Shown here: one piece after another, positions 28,100 to 38,104 of the stretch
How the letters are laid out: each line of letters begins with the position of its first letter
How positions within the stretch are numbered: the stretch's first letter is position 1
Assembly: GCA_965203175.1 (NCBI GenBank)
Contig: OZ241867.1
Span: forward strand, 1-64,000
Length of the DNA stretch: 64,000 nucleotides
Direction: 5' to 3'
From: Candidatus Latescibacterota bacterium
GTDB taxonomy: Bacteria; Latescibacterota; UBA2968; UBA8231
Position numbers and translations under genes: made by a program
The notes under the pieces: generated by a model
Database searches by the model: none
What the model was told of the DNA's origin: nothing
The model's input: the letters and a program-made list of their open reading frames with translations, nothing else

Positions 28100-29250
28100 A
28101 GTAATCCATGTCCGACTACGCCTAGAAATTTTCTCAAGGATTTGCTCTATATAGATAAACTACCGGTAGAGATTCATTGATCCGAAAGGTAAAGAAAGAG
28201 GATACTGTGATGTCTTGGGATGATAGAATAAGATTATGTTTTTCTAATTTATGGAATAGACTGAGTCAAGTGAAAGGTGAGAAGTATTTAGATTTCGACA
28301 AGGAATACGCTGATGATTTGTTAGAAAAATTTATTTGTGATATTTCTGAACATGGAGAAGATAGAGTCGGGGGAAAATATCATGAATTTTCTTCTCGATT
28401 TTGGGAGATGTATTTAGTGACTTCATTTTTAGAAGATGAATTTTGTTTACTAAAGAAGAAAATTGAAGGGCCTGATATTAAAATCAAGTTGGGCGATCGA
28501 ATTATTTGGGTAGAGGCCGTAGTTCCAGGTCCAGGAGGAGAGATGAATAATGATAGAGTTCCCGATTTAGAATATGGAGTAGCAAGTGATGTCCCTGACG
28601 AGCAAATAAAGTTGCGACTTACTAATGCTTTTAGTGAAAAATTTTATAAATACAAAAACTATCGGGAGAAAGATTTGGTAAAAGAAGAGGACGATTATGT
28701 AATTGCTATCAATGGTTCTTTAATAGGACGAAGTGAACGTGATGTTCCCAGAATCGTTCGAACCTTATTTCCCATTGGAAACCTAGTCCTTCATGTACGT
28801 GCGTCTAATAATTTCAATCAGAAACCAGAGATTGTAGGGCACTCTCACGAATATAAAAGAGAGATCATAAAATGTGAAGGATCAAGAGTGCCGACAGATC
28901 CTTTCTTGAACGACGAGTATGCTGGAGTATCTGCTGTGCTATATTCTGATTGCAGGCTCCTTACTTTTGACTATACCGAGAATTTAAATTATAGGAGATT
29001 AAGTAGATCGTTTACACTAGTTCATAATCCTATAAGGCATCTGGTACATACTTGGCGTGCTAGCGGACTTTTACGGTGTGGAACAGGATACTATGTGACC
29101 TCAGACATTGAGGGTAAAAATAAAAAAGACAGTTGGGTAATTAAAAATTATACTGATCTCTCTAAGATAGAGGAAGCCGCATCTTCGGTTGGCGAAATAG
29201 CAAGGGCTGTTTCTTATGTGAAATCGACCGAAGATTTTGTACTAAATAAT

Positions 29251-30410
29251 GGCGTTGTTGCATGAAAGCTGTGTTCGGGTCTTGAAATGAGTCAGGCTCT
29301 TCGGTTAGATTGGTTCGTGGTTTCCAGCAAGAAACACGTTCCTTTCTTCCCAAAGAGCCTGTGATGAGCAAAGTATCTGGCAGTTCGCCCTCGGTCAAGT
29401 CGCAACCGGTGTATCGGGTTAAGAATTGGTCGTCGTATAATCGGGCGTTGGTGGCTCGTGGTAGCCTGACGGTGTGGCTGGACGATGGTCTGTGGAAGCA
29501 ATGGTATGCTCAGGGGCCATCGCAACGGGGTGCTCAGTTTGTCTATTCGGATCCAGCGATTGAATGGATGTTGACGATGCGGGTGTTGCTTGGGTTGCCG
29601 TTGCGCCAGACGCAGGGGTTTATCCAATCGCTGTTGGACTTGATGGGGTTGGCCTTGGCCGTGCCGGACTACTCGACCTTGTCGCGTCGCCAAGGGGCCT
29701 TGGCGGTGGAGTTGCCGAAAAAGCAGCCCGATAGCCCGGCTAGCCCGATGCACTTGGTAGTGGATTCGACGGGTTTGAAAGTCTATGGCGAGGGCGAGAG
29801 GAAAGTCCGTCAACACGGCTGGACCAAACGGCGCACGTGGCGCAAACTGCATGTGGGGGTCAACGAGGCCACCGGCGAGGTGGTCGCGCAGACGTTGACG
29901 TCCCATCGGATCGATGATGCCTCGCAGGTGGCCCCTCTGTTGACCCAAGTCGACGAGGCGGTGGAGGCGGTAGGCGGCGATGGGGCCTATGACAAACAGA
30001 AGGTGTTCGACGCCTTGGCCACGCGGAGTGATCCCTCGATTCGGCCGATCATCGCACTGCGCAAAGACGCTACAATCCATCAGCATGGTAATTGTAAGGT
30101 CCCCCCGTTGGCGCGCGATGAAATCCTGCGGGCCATACGACGAAAGGGACGCAAGGAGTGGAAACAGGCCAGTGGCTATCATCGACGCTCGTTGGCCGAA
30201 ACGCAAATCTATCGCTATAAGCACCTCATCGGCGACAAGCTGAAGGCGCGTAGCTGGATCAACCAACAGGTCGAAAGTCGCCTCGGCTGTGCCCTCCTCA
30301 ATCGAATGATCCATGTGGGCAAACCCCAGTCGTATCGAGTAGAAAAAATCAACTGAACAAAAAACAACATTCGACAATGATGCCCCAGATATGATTCATG
30401 CAACAACGCC
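29251..30410 (+). mobile_element. IS5-family insertion sequence (IS903 group), 1160 bp
   Basis: Perfect 16-bp TIR GGCGTTGTTGCATGAA / TTCATGCAACAACGCC; 9-bp target duplication CTAAATAAT at 29242-29250 and 30411-30419. Confidence 0.96.
29364..30356 (+). CDS. IS5-family DDE transposase
   Basis: NWSSYNRALVARGSLTVW, PDYSTLSRR, VDSTGLK, GDGAYD, GYHRRSLAET. Confidence 0.95.
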   Translation: MSKVSGSSPSVKSQPVYRVKNWSSYNRALVARGSLTVWLDDGLWKQWYAQGPSQRGAQFVYSDPAIEWMLTMRVLLGLPLRQTQGFIQSLLDLMGLALAVPDYSTLSRRQGALAVELPKKQPDSPASPMHLVVDSTGLKVYGEGERKVRQHGWTKRRTWRKLHVGVNEATGEVVAQTLTSHRIDDASQVAPLLTQVDEAVEAVGGDGAYDKQKVFDALATRSDPSIRPIIALRKDATIHQHGNCKVPPLARDEILRAIRRKGRKEWKQASGYHRRSLAETQIYRYKHLIGDKLKARSWINQQVESRLGCALLNRMIHVGKPQSYRVEKIN

Positions 30411-30788
30411 CTAAATAATAAAAAGACGCGGAATGCCCTAGTGCATGTAAAAAAATGTGAAGCAGAGGCGAGAGAGGCATTTCAGGCAATCAACTTGATT
30501 GTCCCTGAGAGTGTCTTAATTACAATAAAAGAAAAAGAGGCGAAAGCGGTGGAAATTGCGAAGAAAGTTGAGGCGGCATGTATTGATGCTGAGTCTGGTT
30601 ATATCTCGTTTGATGGCCACTATCCTCAACCTCTTGCCTCGCTAGAGCCCTCCACAGGCACACAAGCGGGCTTTCACTCTTGGATTGCCGACTCCCCCTT
30701 TGGAGGAGAGTGACTGGACGGAGCCACTAGCGGCTCCGTCCGGTGTAGGTGTCGCAGGACTGATCAGGAGGCGCTCTGCATATCCAAT

Positions 30789-31679
30789 TTATTCGGCAAA
30801 TCTTCGCTTGAGTGCCCCCCAACTCTCGGCGGCTATCGCGGTGGCCGGGATGGATATTTCAGTGAGACGGGCGATTTGGGTGTTCGTACTCGGCGGGAGG
30901 ACGCCACTGGCGAAAGTCTGCTTCGTCTCTACCACCATAGCGACAGCCCCAATCCCACGGGCATACCAAGCATAGGCGTCTATCTCGGCTGTCACTTCAC
31001 CCAGAGACTCGAGCTGAGCGTTGCCCGCGAAAGTAAAGACGCCGGTGCCGGTCTGGTGGATGCGTAGACAATCGAAAGTACCCGCCGGTAGCCGAATCTC
31101 ACCCCACGCATCAACCGCGTACTGATAGTCGTACAGGCCGGAACTTGTGATCCCCGGAGCTATGGTCTGATCCAAAGAGAAGTTTTCAACGGCCCAGCTT
31201 TTGCCAAATTCCAGCGGCCAAGGCGTTCCGATATCGATAAGCGGAAAGGAGACTTGGCCGGCCGGTCCTTCGGCACCGACGAGGACATCGCCTTCGGGAC
31301 TGCGCTGGAAATAGTGGTACGTCTCAATCTCGTCCGTTCCACCCGTGGCGTTGGGCGCAATAGCAATGTTATAGACGGCGTAATCGGCGTCGGAGAAGCT
31401 AGCGGCGTCGGGAGCCTGCTCCAGCGGGATGACCGAACTGCGGATAAAGGCAAGTATGCTGTTGGGGATGGCTCCGGTGAGGTCTGAGGACTGATCGGCA
31501 CCGGCAGAGCCGATGTCGAAGCCAGTGTCCTCTAGGCTGCTAAGGACTGTGGCGACTTCTTGCTCCCAAGTCATGCCCAATGATAGGCGTAAATCGTCGG
31601 GAGAAAGGGTAATCTGGGCTTTAGCAGAAAGAGGGAGGAAGACAAAGACGATTGATGCTAATGCACGGACGATGAACAT
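30789..31679 (-). CDS. Secreted hypothetical protein with C-terminal TAIAAESWGALK motif
   Basis: Signal peptide (LSAKA-Q); PAGTFDCLR and WYARGIG beta-rich motifs. Confidence 0.8.
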   Translation of the reverse strand: MFIVRALASIVFVFLPLSAKAQITLSPDDLRLSLGMTWEQEVATVLSSLEDTGFDIGSAGADQSSDLTGAIPNSILAFIRSSVIPLEQAPDAASFSDADYAVYNIAIAPNATGGTDEIETYHYFQRSPEGDVLVGAEGPAGQVSFPLIDIGTPWPLEFGKSWAVENFSLDQTIAPGITSSGLYDYQYAVDAWGEIRLPAGTFDCLRIHQTGTGVFTFAGNAQLESLGEVTAEIDAYAWYARGIGAVAMVVETKQTFASGVLPPSTNTQIARLTEISIPATAIAAESWGALKRRFAE

Positions 31680-31736
31680 GGTGGTATCCCTTATGGCGAT
31701 GAGAGTATAGAGTCGAGCTTAAAACTGCAAGAAGGC

Positions 31737-32609
31737 TCACTCACGGGGGCGATCCCGCCACTCTTCCCAGCTCGTCACCCGCTCTGGGTCGATGCTGCGG
31801 ACGACAAAGCCGGGATAGATCCGGTCGAATTCATCGCCGCTGCTGTGCCAGGCATAGGACTGGCCAGTGGGCATATAGCGGACGTCGATGCTCCAGCGCA
31901 CCTCGGAGGCAGTGGTATTGTGCCCAGAGGCGTGCAGGGTGCGGTTGTCAAAGGCGATGGCGTCACCGACCTGGACAGGCTCGGGACGGGCTTGGCCGTA
32001 CCAGGTGACGTCGGCTATGGGCTCGCGCTGGCCGTCGCCGGTGTCGCGCCATGGAATGGCGCCGTGGCAATGGCTGCCGGGGACAAAGGAGAGGCATCCA
32101 TTTTCCTCGTCGGCGTCGACGAGGGGGATCCAGACCGAGAGGATGCGCAACTCGGGGAGGACTTCGCCGCCGTAGTAGAAACTGTCCTGGTGCCAGGCAA
32201 AGGTGGTGCTCGGGTCGTTGGGGATTTTAGGGCGGACCCAGTAGTCGCCGTTGGCGGTCAACTCAGGGCCGAGGAGGTCCGCGGCCAGATCGGTCAGCGG
32301 AGGATAGGTCAATAATCGGTACACAGCGCGGTCGAGCAGGCCCCTCTGGCCCCAATTGCGCGCCAAGGGCGGGTTTTCCGGGTCTCGGTTGTAGTCGCGG
32401 GCGGCCAAGGCCCAGCGCTCGGCAAAAGGAGCCTCCGCGTAGAGGGAGCGAATCTGGCTCCTCTGGTGCATGGCGCGGATTTGCCCATCGACATAGCGGG
32501 TGATGAGCTGGCGCACGGGCTCGAGGACGGCCTCGTCGCACAACTGGCGCAGGACCAAGTAGCCGTCGGCGGCAAAGGTGTCGCGTTGCGTCCGAGTGAG
32601 CATGGGCAT
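31737..32609 (-). CDS. Phytanoyl-CoA dioxygenase family protein
   Basis: WHQDSFY, VWIPLVD, NGCLSFVPGSH, LHASGHN, RWSIDVRY. Confidence 0.92.
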   Translation of the reverse strand: MPMLTRTQRDTFAADGYLVLRQLCDEAVLEPVRQLITRYVDGQIRAMHQRSQIRSLYAEAPFAERWALAARDYNRDPENPPLARNWGQRGLLDRAVYRLLTYPPLTDLAADLLGPELTANGDYWVRPKIPNDPSTTFAWHQDSFYYGGEVLPELRILSVWIPLVDADEENGCLSFVPGSHCHGAIPWRDTGDGQREPIADVTWYGQARPEPVQVGDAIAFDNRTLHASGHNTTASEVRWSIDVRYMPTGQSYAWHSSGDEFDRIYPGFVVRSIDPERVTSWEEWRDRPRE

Positions 32610-32715
32610 TTAGTATAGGTCCAATTGGGCACGGCCTTCAACATTGGACACCCGATAGAACTTTCATTTTGTCTCAAACTGCCCGATTTTGGGAGCGCTT
32701 ACAAAGGACCACGCC

Positions 32716-34260
32716 ATGCAATTGAGAGAATCAATGGAATTGGGGGGCCAGCACCTACTGGGCTGGCTCGACCCAGAGCGCGACTACCTGCCCACGGGCA
32801 GTTGGGCCATCACCCACGATCTGGGTCGCTGGTGGGACGCCATGTTGCGCCTTGAACACGCCACAGGCTTTGCCATCCCCGCGTACGTGGAAGGGGCCAA
32901 CCTGCGCAATCTCCACTGGCTCACCGACAATGCCGACGGGCTCCTCTGGGTGCCGCCGGGCCTGGATTGGCACCCCATCAAATTCGAACTCCACAGCCTG
33001 CGCGAGGGCATCCTGACCTTTGCCGCCCTAGCCCAGTACCGCAACAACGCCTGGGCCCACCAGGCTGGTCGCAAGTACCTCGAATCGATCCGCCGCAGCC
33101 TCAAGCCGGACTTCACCTGGGACTTCGACCAGTTCGACTACGCCCGCTACTTCACTGGCGGCGAAAACGAGGACCCGGGACACAAACCCTCCAACGAGGG
33201 CCGCTTTGCCCTGACCGTCCAACACGGCCGCTGCATCGAGGCCCTGGTGTGGTACTACGAGGCCACAGGCGACGCCCTCGCCATGGAACTGGCCGAGGAC
33301 CTAGCCCGCTTTCACCTCGCGTACGCCATTGCCCCCGACGGCACCATCCCCGACGAACTGGCGCACCGAGCTATCGGCGACCGCCAATCCCACCTGTACA
33401 CCCTGTGCGGCCTGCTGCTCTTTGGCTGCAAGACCCACCAGTCCGAATACGTCGACGCGGTAGTGCGTACGTATCAAGCCGGCGTCCCCACGCTGGTCAA
33501 TGAATGCGGCTGGGTCGCCCACGATATGGGCCAGGCGCGCTTCCTCGACCAATCGGGTAATCTCCTGGCCAACACCGAATCCACGGGCGCGGCCGCCCGG
33601 CTCGCCCTGTGGATGGCGCGTTATACCGCACATACCGAGTGCTACGACGACGTCGAGCGGCTGGTGCGCGCCCGGCTTTTCCCGGGCCAGATCACCCAGG
33701 CCGATATCCACGCCAACCCAGACCTAAAAATTCCCCCTAGGGCGCTCGGCGGCTGGGGGGGCAACGACTACCCCCACGCCGGCAAGGGCTACAATCCCAG
33801 CGGCACGGCCGAAATTGTCCACACCATGAGCGCGATCTACCAGCACATCAGCGCCCTCGAGGAGGCTGGTCTTGTCGTGTACATGCACTTTGACTACGCC
33901 GACGACGCGGTCGAGATCAAAGCGGACAGAAGCGCCGAGGCCGCCCTCGCGGTGCGGCCCCGCATCCACGACAATGTCTTGATCCGCGTGCCCGGGTGGG
34001 CGCCCCCGGAATCGGTCCGCATCGAAGTCAACGACCGCCCAGTGGCCCTGCGCATGGTGGGGTCATTCGCCTATCTCGGACGCGAGCAAGTAGGCGTCAA
34101 CAGCCAGATCGTCCTGCGCCACGCCCTGCCAACCCGCCGCACGCAAGAGACCATGGCGGCCGGAGACACCTACCACTTTGCCTGGCGCGGCGACCAGATC
34201 ACCGGTGTACACCCGAACGAGTGGCCCCTGCCGTTCTATCCGACGCTCGAGTCTCCCTAG
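32716..34260 (+). CDS. Hypothetical protein, possibly (alpha/alpha)6 glycoside hydrolase-like (GH127-like C-terminus)
   Basis: Long ORF with AAAGGA RBS; helical N-part, C-terminal LIRVPGWA beta-sandwich motif. Confidence 0.55.
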   Translation: MQLRESMELGGQHLLGWLDPERDYLPTGSWAITHDLGRWWDAMLRLEHATGFAIPAYVEGANLRNLHWLTDNADGLLWVPPGLDWHPIKFELHSLREGILTFAALAQYRNNAWAHQAGRKYLESIRRSLKPDFTWDFDQFDYARYFTGGENEDPGHKPSNEGRFALTVQHGRCIEALVWYYEATGDALAMELAEDLARFHLAYAIAPDGTIPDELAHRAIGDRQSHLYTLCGLLLFGCKTHQSEYVDAVVRTYQAGVPTLVNECGWVAHDMGQARFLDQSGNLLANTESTGAAARLALWMARYTAHTECYDDVERLVRARLFPGQITQADIHANPDLKIPPRALGGWGGNDYPHAGKGYNPSGTAEIVHTMSAIYQHISALEEAGLVVYMHFDYADDAVEIKADRSAEAALAVRPRIHDNVLIRVPGWAPPESVRIEVNDRPVALRMVGSFAYLGREQVGVNSQIVLRHALPTRRTQETMAAGDTYHFAWRGDQITGVHPNEWPLPFYPTLESP

Positions 34261-34278
34261 CGGCAGTTAGACGGCCTC

Positions 34279-35118
34279 TCAGGCCCGCTGCCAGCGGCTG
34301 GGGTTCACGCCCGGTGCCTCACTCGACATATTATCGGGCTTGTTGGGCACGTCAAAGTCCCAGTGCCGCGTATTGGGATCGGCGAAAAAAGGACGCACCG
34401 ACTCGGGCAGCTCGGCCAAGTCCTCCTCATCCCAGTTCTCGACCTCGTCAATAGGGCCGGCCCAGGCCGGGCGGTACGCAATCGCCAGCACCGAGCGCGT
34501 ATGCTCGCCCTTGTTGGGCCAGGTCCCGTGGAAAGCGCGGTGGTTGAGAAAAACCGCCGAGCCAGCCTTGCAGGGCACCACCACTTCCTCGGGATGGCGC
34601 TCGTAGCGCATGTACGGATTGGCATCGGCGTGCATGCACAAATGAGAGCGCGGAATGACGCGGAAAGGCGACACCTCGGGTGTCAGGTCATCGAGGTAGT
34701 AGAGCACGCGAATGGTGAAGGGACAACTGCCGTTGTACCCGAAAATCTGCGAGCCGTAGGGCTGCCCGTCCGTGTGCAGGCTGATACCGGGCGTGCCGGG
34801 CTCGGAGCGGTCGTATCCGTAGCTGAGAAAGACGATCTCGTCACCGAAGACTTGGCGCAAAAAATCAACGGTCGGCGGATGGGCGATGAGATCGGTCACA
34901 GCCCCCCCTTCAAACTGGATCTGGGACTTGCCGCGCTGGTGCGGACTGTAGTCGCGCGGCGTAGTCTCCCAAGTTTCAGCTTGGGCCTTGAGACGGGCGA
35001 TGTGCTCGGGGCTGAGCAGGTCGGGAATGACCAGATACCCTTCGAGCTCAACGTGGCGGATGCGCTCGCCCAGCGTGAGGGCGGACCAGTCGCGGTCGTC
35101 GATGGTGGTCTTTTGCAT
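34279..35118 (-). CDS. Phytanoyl-CoA dioxygenase family protein
   Basis: EGYLVIPDLL, LHTD, YLDDL, VIPRSH, FHG. Confidence 0.88.
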   Translation of the reverse strand: MQKTTIDDRDWSALTLGERIRHVELEGYLVIPDLLSPEHIARLKAQAETWETTPRDYSPHQRGKSQIQFEGGAVTDLIAHPPTVDFLRQVFGDEIVFLSYGYDRSEPGTPGISLHTDGQPYGSQIFGYNGSCPFTIRVLYYLDDLTPEVSPFRVIPRSHLCMHADANPYMRYERHPEEVVVPCKAGSAVFLNHRAFHGTWPNKGEHTRSVLAIAYRPAWAGPIDEVENWDEEDLAELPESVRPFFADPNTRHWDFDVPNKPDNMSSEAPGVNPSRWQRA

Positions 35119-35190
35119 AGCAGACTCTCCTCGGTTGAGATTATACCTCTTCTACACGGCGGCACTGCTGCCGCCGGTGATGAACTTTTG

Positions 35191-36264
35191 TCAATTGTCG
35201 ATCTGCACCTTTTCGCCAGTTTCCGCGCTCGCGTAAATCGCGTCCAGCAACTTCATGAAGGTCAGTGCCTCGGCGGGAGAGACATCGGGCGGCTGGGCAC
35301 CGCGAATCGCGCCGGCAAAATCGCGGATCTCCGCGTTGAAGTCGCCGTCGCCGTGTTCCACAAACCCACCAGTGGAATCGTCACCTTCAGCGTAGATGGC
35401 ACCCAGCAACCGGCGCGTCCCCGCACGTCTCTTGCCCTCGGGCAGCGAAGTGGATTCCACCTCAATCGTGCCATTCGTACCCAGGACGCGCAAGCGCAAA
35501 TCCCACGCCCGATCCGCCCAAGTGGAAATGACCGAGGAAGTATCCATCTGAATTGTCATACCGCCGGCGCAGCCCACCAGAAAACTCATGTAATCCTCGG
35601 AGTGGCGCTCTACTTCTAGGGTCGTTGGAAACGCGCTGTGGCTGACGGCAAAGGCCCATTCGGGTTGCGGACAACCCAGTAAAAACCAGGCCTGATCGAG
35701 GTAGTGCGAACCGTGTTGGCCCAATGCACCGCCCTTAAGACCCCACCGATATATCCAGCTCCTGCCCGGCGACGGCTCGTAATGGGCTCCCCGCTCGCGA
35801 TAGTGATAGTGGACGCGCGCGTGGTACGCGCGCCCAATCCTTCCAGCGGCGATCATTTGCCGGCTCTCTTTGTTCTCCGCTTGGTGCCGCATGAAGTAGG
35901 AGTACACGAGCGTTTTCCCCGTGCTTGCTGCAACGGCGTTGATCTCCTCGACGTCTGCGGCATTGCGACCGTGCGGCTTCTGCACCAACACGTGCTTTCC
36001 CGCCTCCAGCGCCTCAATGACCATTGGCTTCCGCACATCGGGTGCGGTGGCGACTCCAACGGCTTCGACCTCGTCATCGGCGAGCAGCTCTCGATAGTCT
36101 CCGTAGACTCTGGAGACATCGTTCGCCTCGGCGACCTGTCGCGCCAAATCTCGATCCAGATCGGCGACCGCCCAGGCAATGGTATCTTCGCCGATGTGGG
36201 CACCTGCTACCCAAGTCCTGCCAACTCGGCAGCCGATTACGCCCATTTTAATTTTATCTGTCAT
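35191..36264 (-). CDS. Gfo/Idh/MocA family oxidoreductase
   Basis: MGVIGC, AGKHVLVQKP, GGALGQHGSHYLD; RBS AAGGAGG. Confidence 0.9.
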   Translation of the reverse strand: MTDKIKMGVIGCRVGRTWVAGAHIGEDTIAWAVADLDRDLARQVAEANDVSRVYGDYRELLADDEVEAVGVATAPDVRKPMVIEALEAGKHVLVQKPHGRNAADVEEINAVAASTGKTLVYSYFMRHQAENKESRQMIAAGRIGRAYHARVHYHYRERGAHYEPSPGRSWIYRWGLKGGALGQHGSHYLDQAWFLLGCPQPEWAFAVSHSAFPTTLEVERHSEDYMSFLVGCAGGMTIQMDTSSVISTWADRAWDLRLRVLGTNGTIEVESTSLPEGKRRAGTRRLLGAIYAEGDDSTGGFVEHGDGDFNAEIRDFAGAIRGAQPPDVSPAEALTFMKLLDAIYASAETGEKVQIDN

Positions 36265-36266
36265 AA

Positions 36267-37304
36267 TCACCTCCTTTGCAACCGCTCGAGCTTTGCCTGC
36301 AACTCGGGCTTTTCCAGTACTTCCCTGTTGACCACGTGCTCGGGAATTTCGCCGCGCTCAATTCGCGCCACCTGCCGGAGTCTGCCCCTCCAAGTCTGCA
36401 TGTAGTACTCGTCGGTGTGGCACAGGGAGTGCGGCGCGACCACGACGTTGTCCATCTTGAGGAGGGGATTGTCTGCATCGACGGGCTCCTGCTCAAATAC
36501 ATCCAGCCCAGCGCCGCGAATGCGCCCGCTCTGCAGGACCCGTATCAGAGCTTGCTCATCGACGACGGGGCCGCGCGAAGTATTGATCAGGTACGCCGTC
36601 GGCTTCATCAAGTTCAATTCCCGCTCGCCGATCAGGTGGCGCGTCTGCTCGCTGAGCGGGACGCTGATGCTGACGAAGTCCGATTCGGCCAGCAGGGTAT
36701 CCATATCGACCAGTTCCACGTCCACATCGGCCACATCCTTCTCGCTCAGCCTGGGATCGCAGCCCAAATGCCGCATGCCAAAGGGCTTGGCCATCAGGAA
36801 CATCTCATGCCCAATATTGCCCACGCCAATGGAACCGAGCGTCTTGCCGGTCAGCCCTTCGCCTCGGTAGAGGTGCTGGTCGGCCCAGCGCCCCTCGCGG
36901 GTGATCCGATCCTTGTTGATCAGGCGCGTGGCCAAGGCCAGAATAAAGGTGATGATGGTGCAGGCCATGGGCCGGCGCACGGCGTCGGGGGCCAAACAGA
37001 GCATTGTATTGGCCCGAGTCAGGGCCTCGACATCGACGTGGTCGTACCCAACGCCGGTGAGGAGCACGGCCACAAGCTGGTCGTTGCCAACTAGGGAACG
37101 CTCGCTCCAGCGGGACCCGCCTGAGATAACCGAGTCGCAGCCGCGCACTTGCTCAGGGGCTATTTCCGCGCTCCGCTCAGCCAATATCCGGTACTGAATC
37201 CTAGGCATATCATCGAATAGTTCCAGCCCAGGACCGGGCAAGTCGAAATTCCCCTCCGCGTCGAAGAAATCCCGGGCGATCCCAACCGTAATTTTAGTGG
37301 TCAT
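36267..37304 (-). CDS. D-isomer-specific 2-hydroxyacid dehydrogenase
   Basis: GVGYDHVD, GVGNIG, LINTSRGPVVDE, GLDVFEQEP. Confidence 0.92.
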   Translation of the reverse strand: MTTKITVGIARDFFDAEGNFDLPGPGLELFDDMPRIQYRILAERSAEIAPEQVRGCDSVISGGSRWSERSLVGNDQLVAVLLTGVGYDHVDVEALTRANTMLCLAPDAVRRPMACTIITFILALATRLINKDRITREGRWADQHLYRGEGLTGKTLGSIGVGNIGHEMFLMAKPFGMRHLGCDPRLSEKDVADVDVELVDMDTLLAESDFVSISVPLSEQTRHLIGERELNLMKPTAYLINTSRGPVVDEQALIRVLQSGRIRGAGLDVFEQEPVDADNPLLKMDNVVVAPHSLCHTDEYYMQTWRGRLRQVARIERGEIPEHVVNREVLEKPELQAKLERLQRR

Positions 37305-38103
37305 CTGCGTCCTCTCGGTACATGGAAAAAGCCTGCACCGCGCCGTCGCGGAGCAAGTCGTATTCGCTGTGGCGGAAACGACCCACCAACTGGATGCCGG
37401 CCCGGCGCTGGCGCAGGTACTCCTGGCGGTCTCGCGGATAAATCGCCGGCTCGGTAGCGATCCCCTTGGCCAGGGCGATCTCGATGACGCGCTCCATGGC
37501 CTGCACCACTTCCGGGTGTTCCCAATCGCCGTGAAAGCCCATAGTCGCCGCTAGGTCGCCGGGGCCAAACACCACCGCGTCCACCCATTCGTTGGCGAGC
37601 ATGGCCTCGGCGTTCTCCACGCCGCGCCAAGACTCGATTTTGAGAATGAGCATCGTAGCCTCGTTGGCCTCGCGGCAACAGCGGGCCGCCTCGCCAGCGG
37701 CGTACTCCACATTGGCACCCATAGCCAGCCCCCGCTCCCCATCCGGCGCGTATTTCATCCAGCGCACCAGCGCCGCGACTTGCTCGGGCTCTTCAGCGTG
37801 GGAGAGGCAGATCCCCAGAGCGCCTGCATCGAGCAGCCGCGATACAAAGGGACGCTCGGGCACCAAGACCGTCACCGCCGGAGAAAGGCCGTTGTCCCGA
37901 GCCATGACCAAGAAGTTGGTCAGAGTTTCGTCGTTGTGGATCACGTGCTCGTTTTCGACCAACAGCATATTGTACCCCGTCTGCGCCGCGATCTTAATCA
38001 CCGAAGGACGCAGCGACTCGAAGACATTGAAGCCAAACAGCGGCCCACCACTCCGGAGAATTTCCTTGGCCGGGTTGCGGATGAGGGAACTTGCTTCCGC
38101 CAT
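37294..38103 (-). CDS. HpcH/HpaI aldolase family protein
   Basis: VENEH, LLDAGA, YAPDGERG, KIES, FGPGDL. Confidence 0.88.
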   Translation of the reverse strand: MAEASSLIRNPAKEILRSGGPLFGFNVFESLRPSVIKIAAQTGYNMLLVENEHVIHNDETLTNFLVMARDNGLSPAVTVLVPERPFVSRLLDAGALGICLSHAEEPEQVAALVRWMKYAPDGERGLAMGANVEYAAGEAARCCREANEATMLILKIESWRGVENAEAMLANEWVDAVVFGPGDLAATMGFHGDWEHPEVVQAMERVIEIALAKGIATEPAIYPRDRQEYLRQRRAGIQLVGRFRHSEYDLLRDGAVQAFSMYREDADDH

Positions 38104-38104
38104 A

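Larger units (their letters stand above)
28177..30713 (+). pseudogene. Low-GC hypothetical protein (possible PD-(D/E)xK nuclease fold) disrupted by IS insertion
   Basis: Removing the IS and one target copy joins ...DFVLNN to KKTRNALVHVKK... in frame (about 455 aa); motif FWEMYL...GPDIKI...IWVEA. Confidence 0.75.

Noticed and set aside
29292-30377. 361-aa antisense ORF across the IS
   Set aside because: Mirror of the transposase frame with no recognisable motifs
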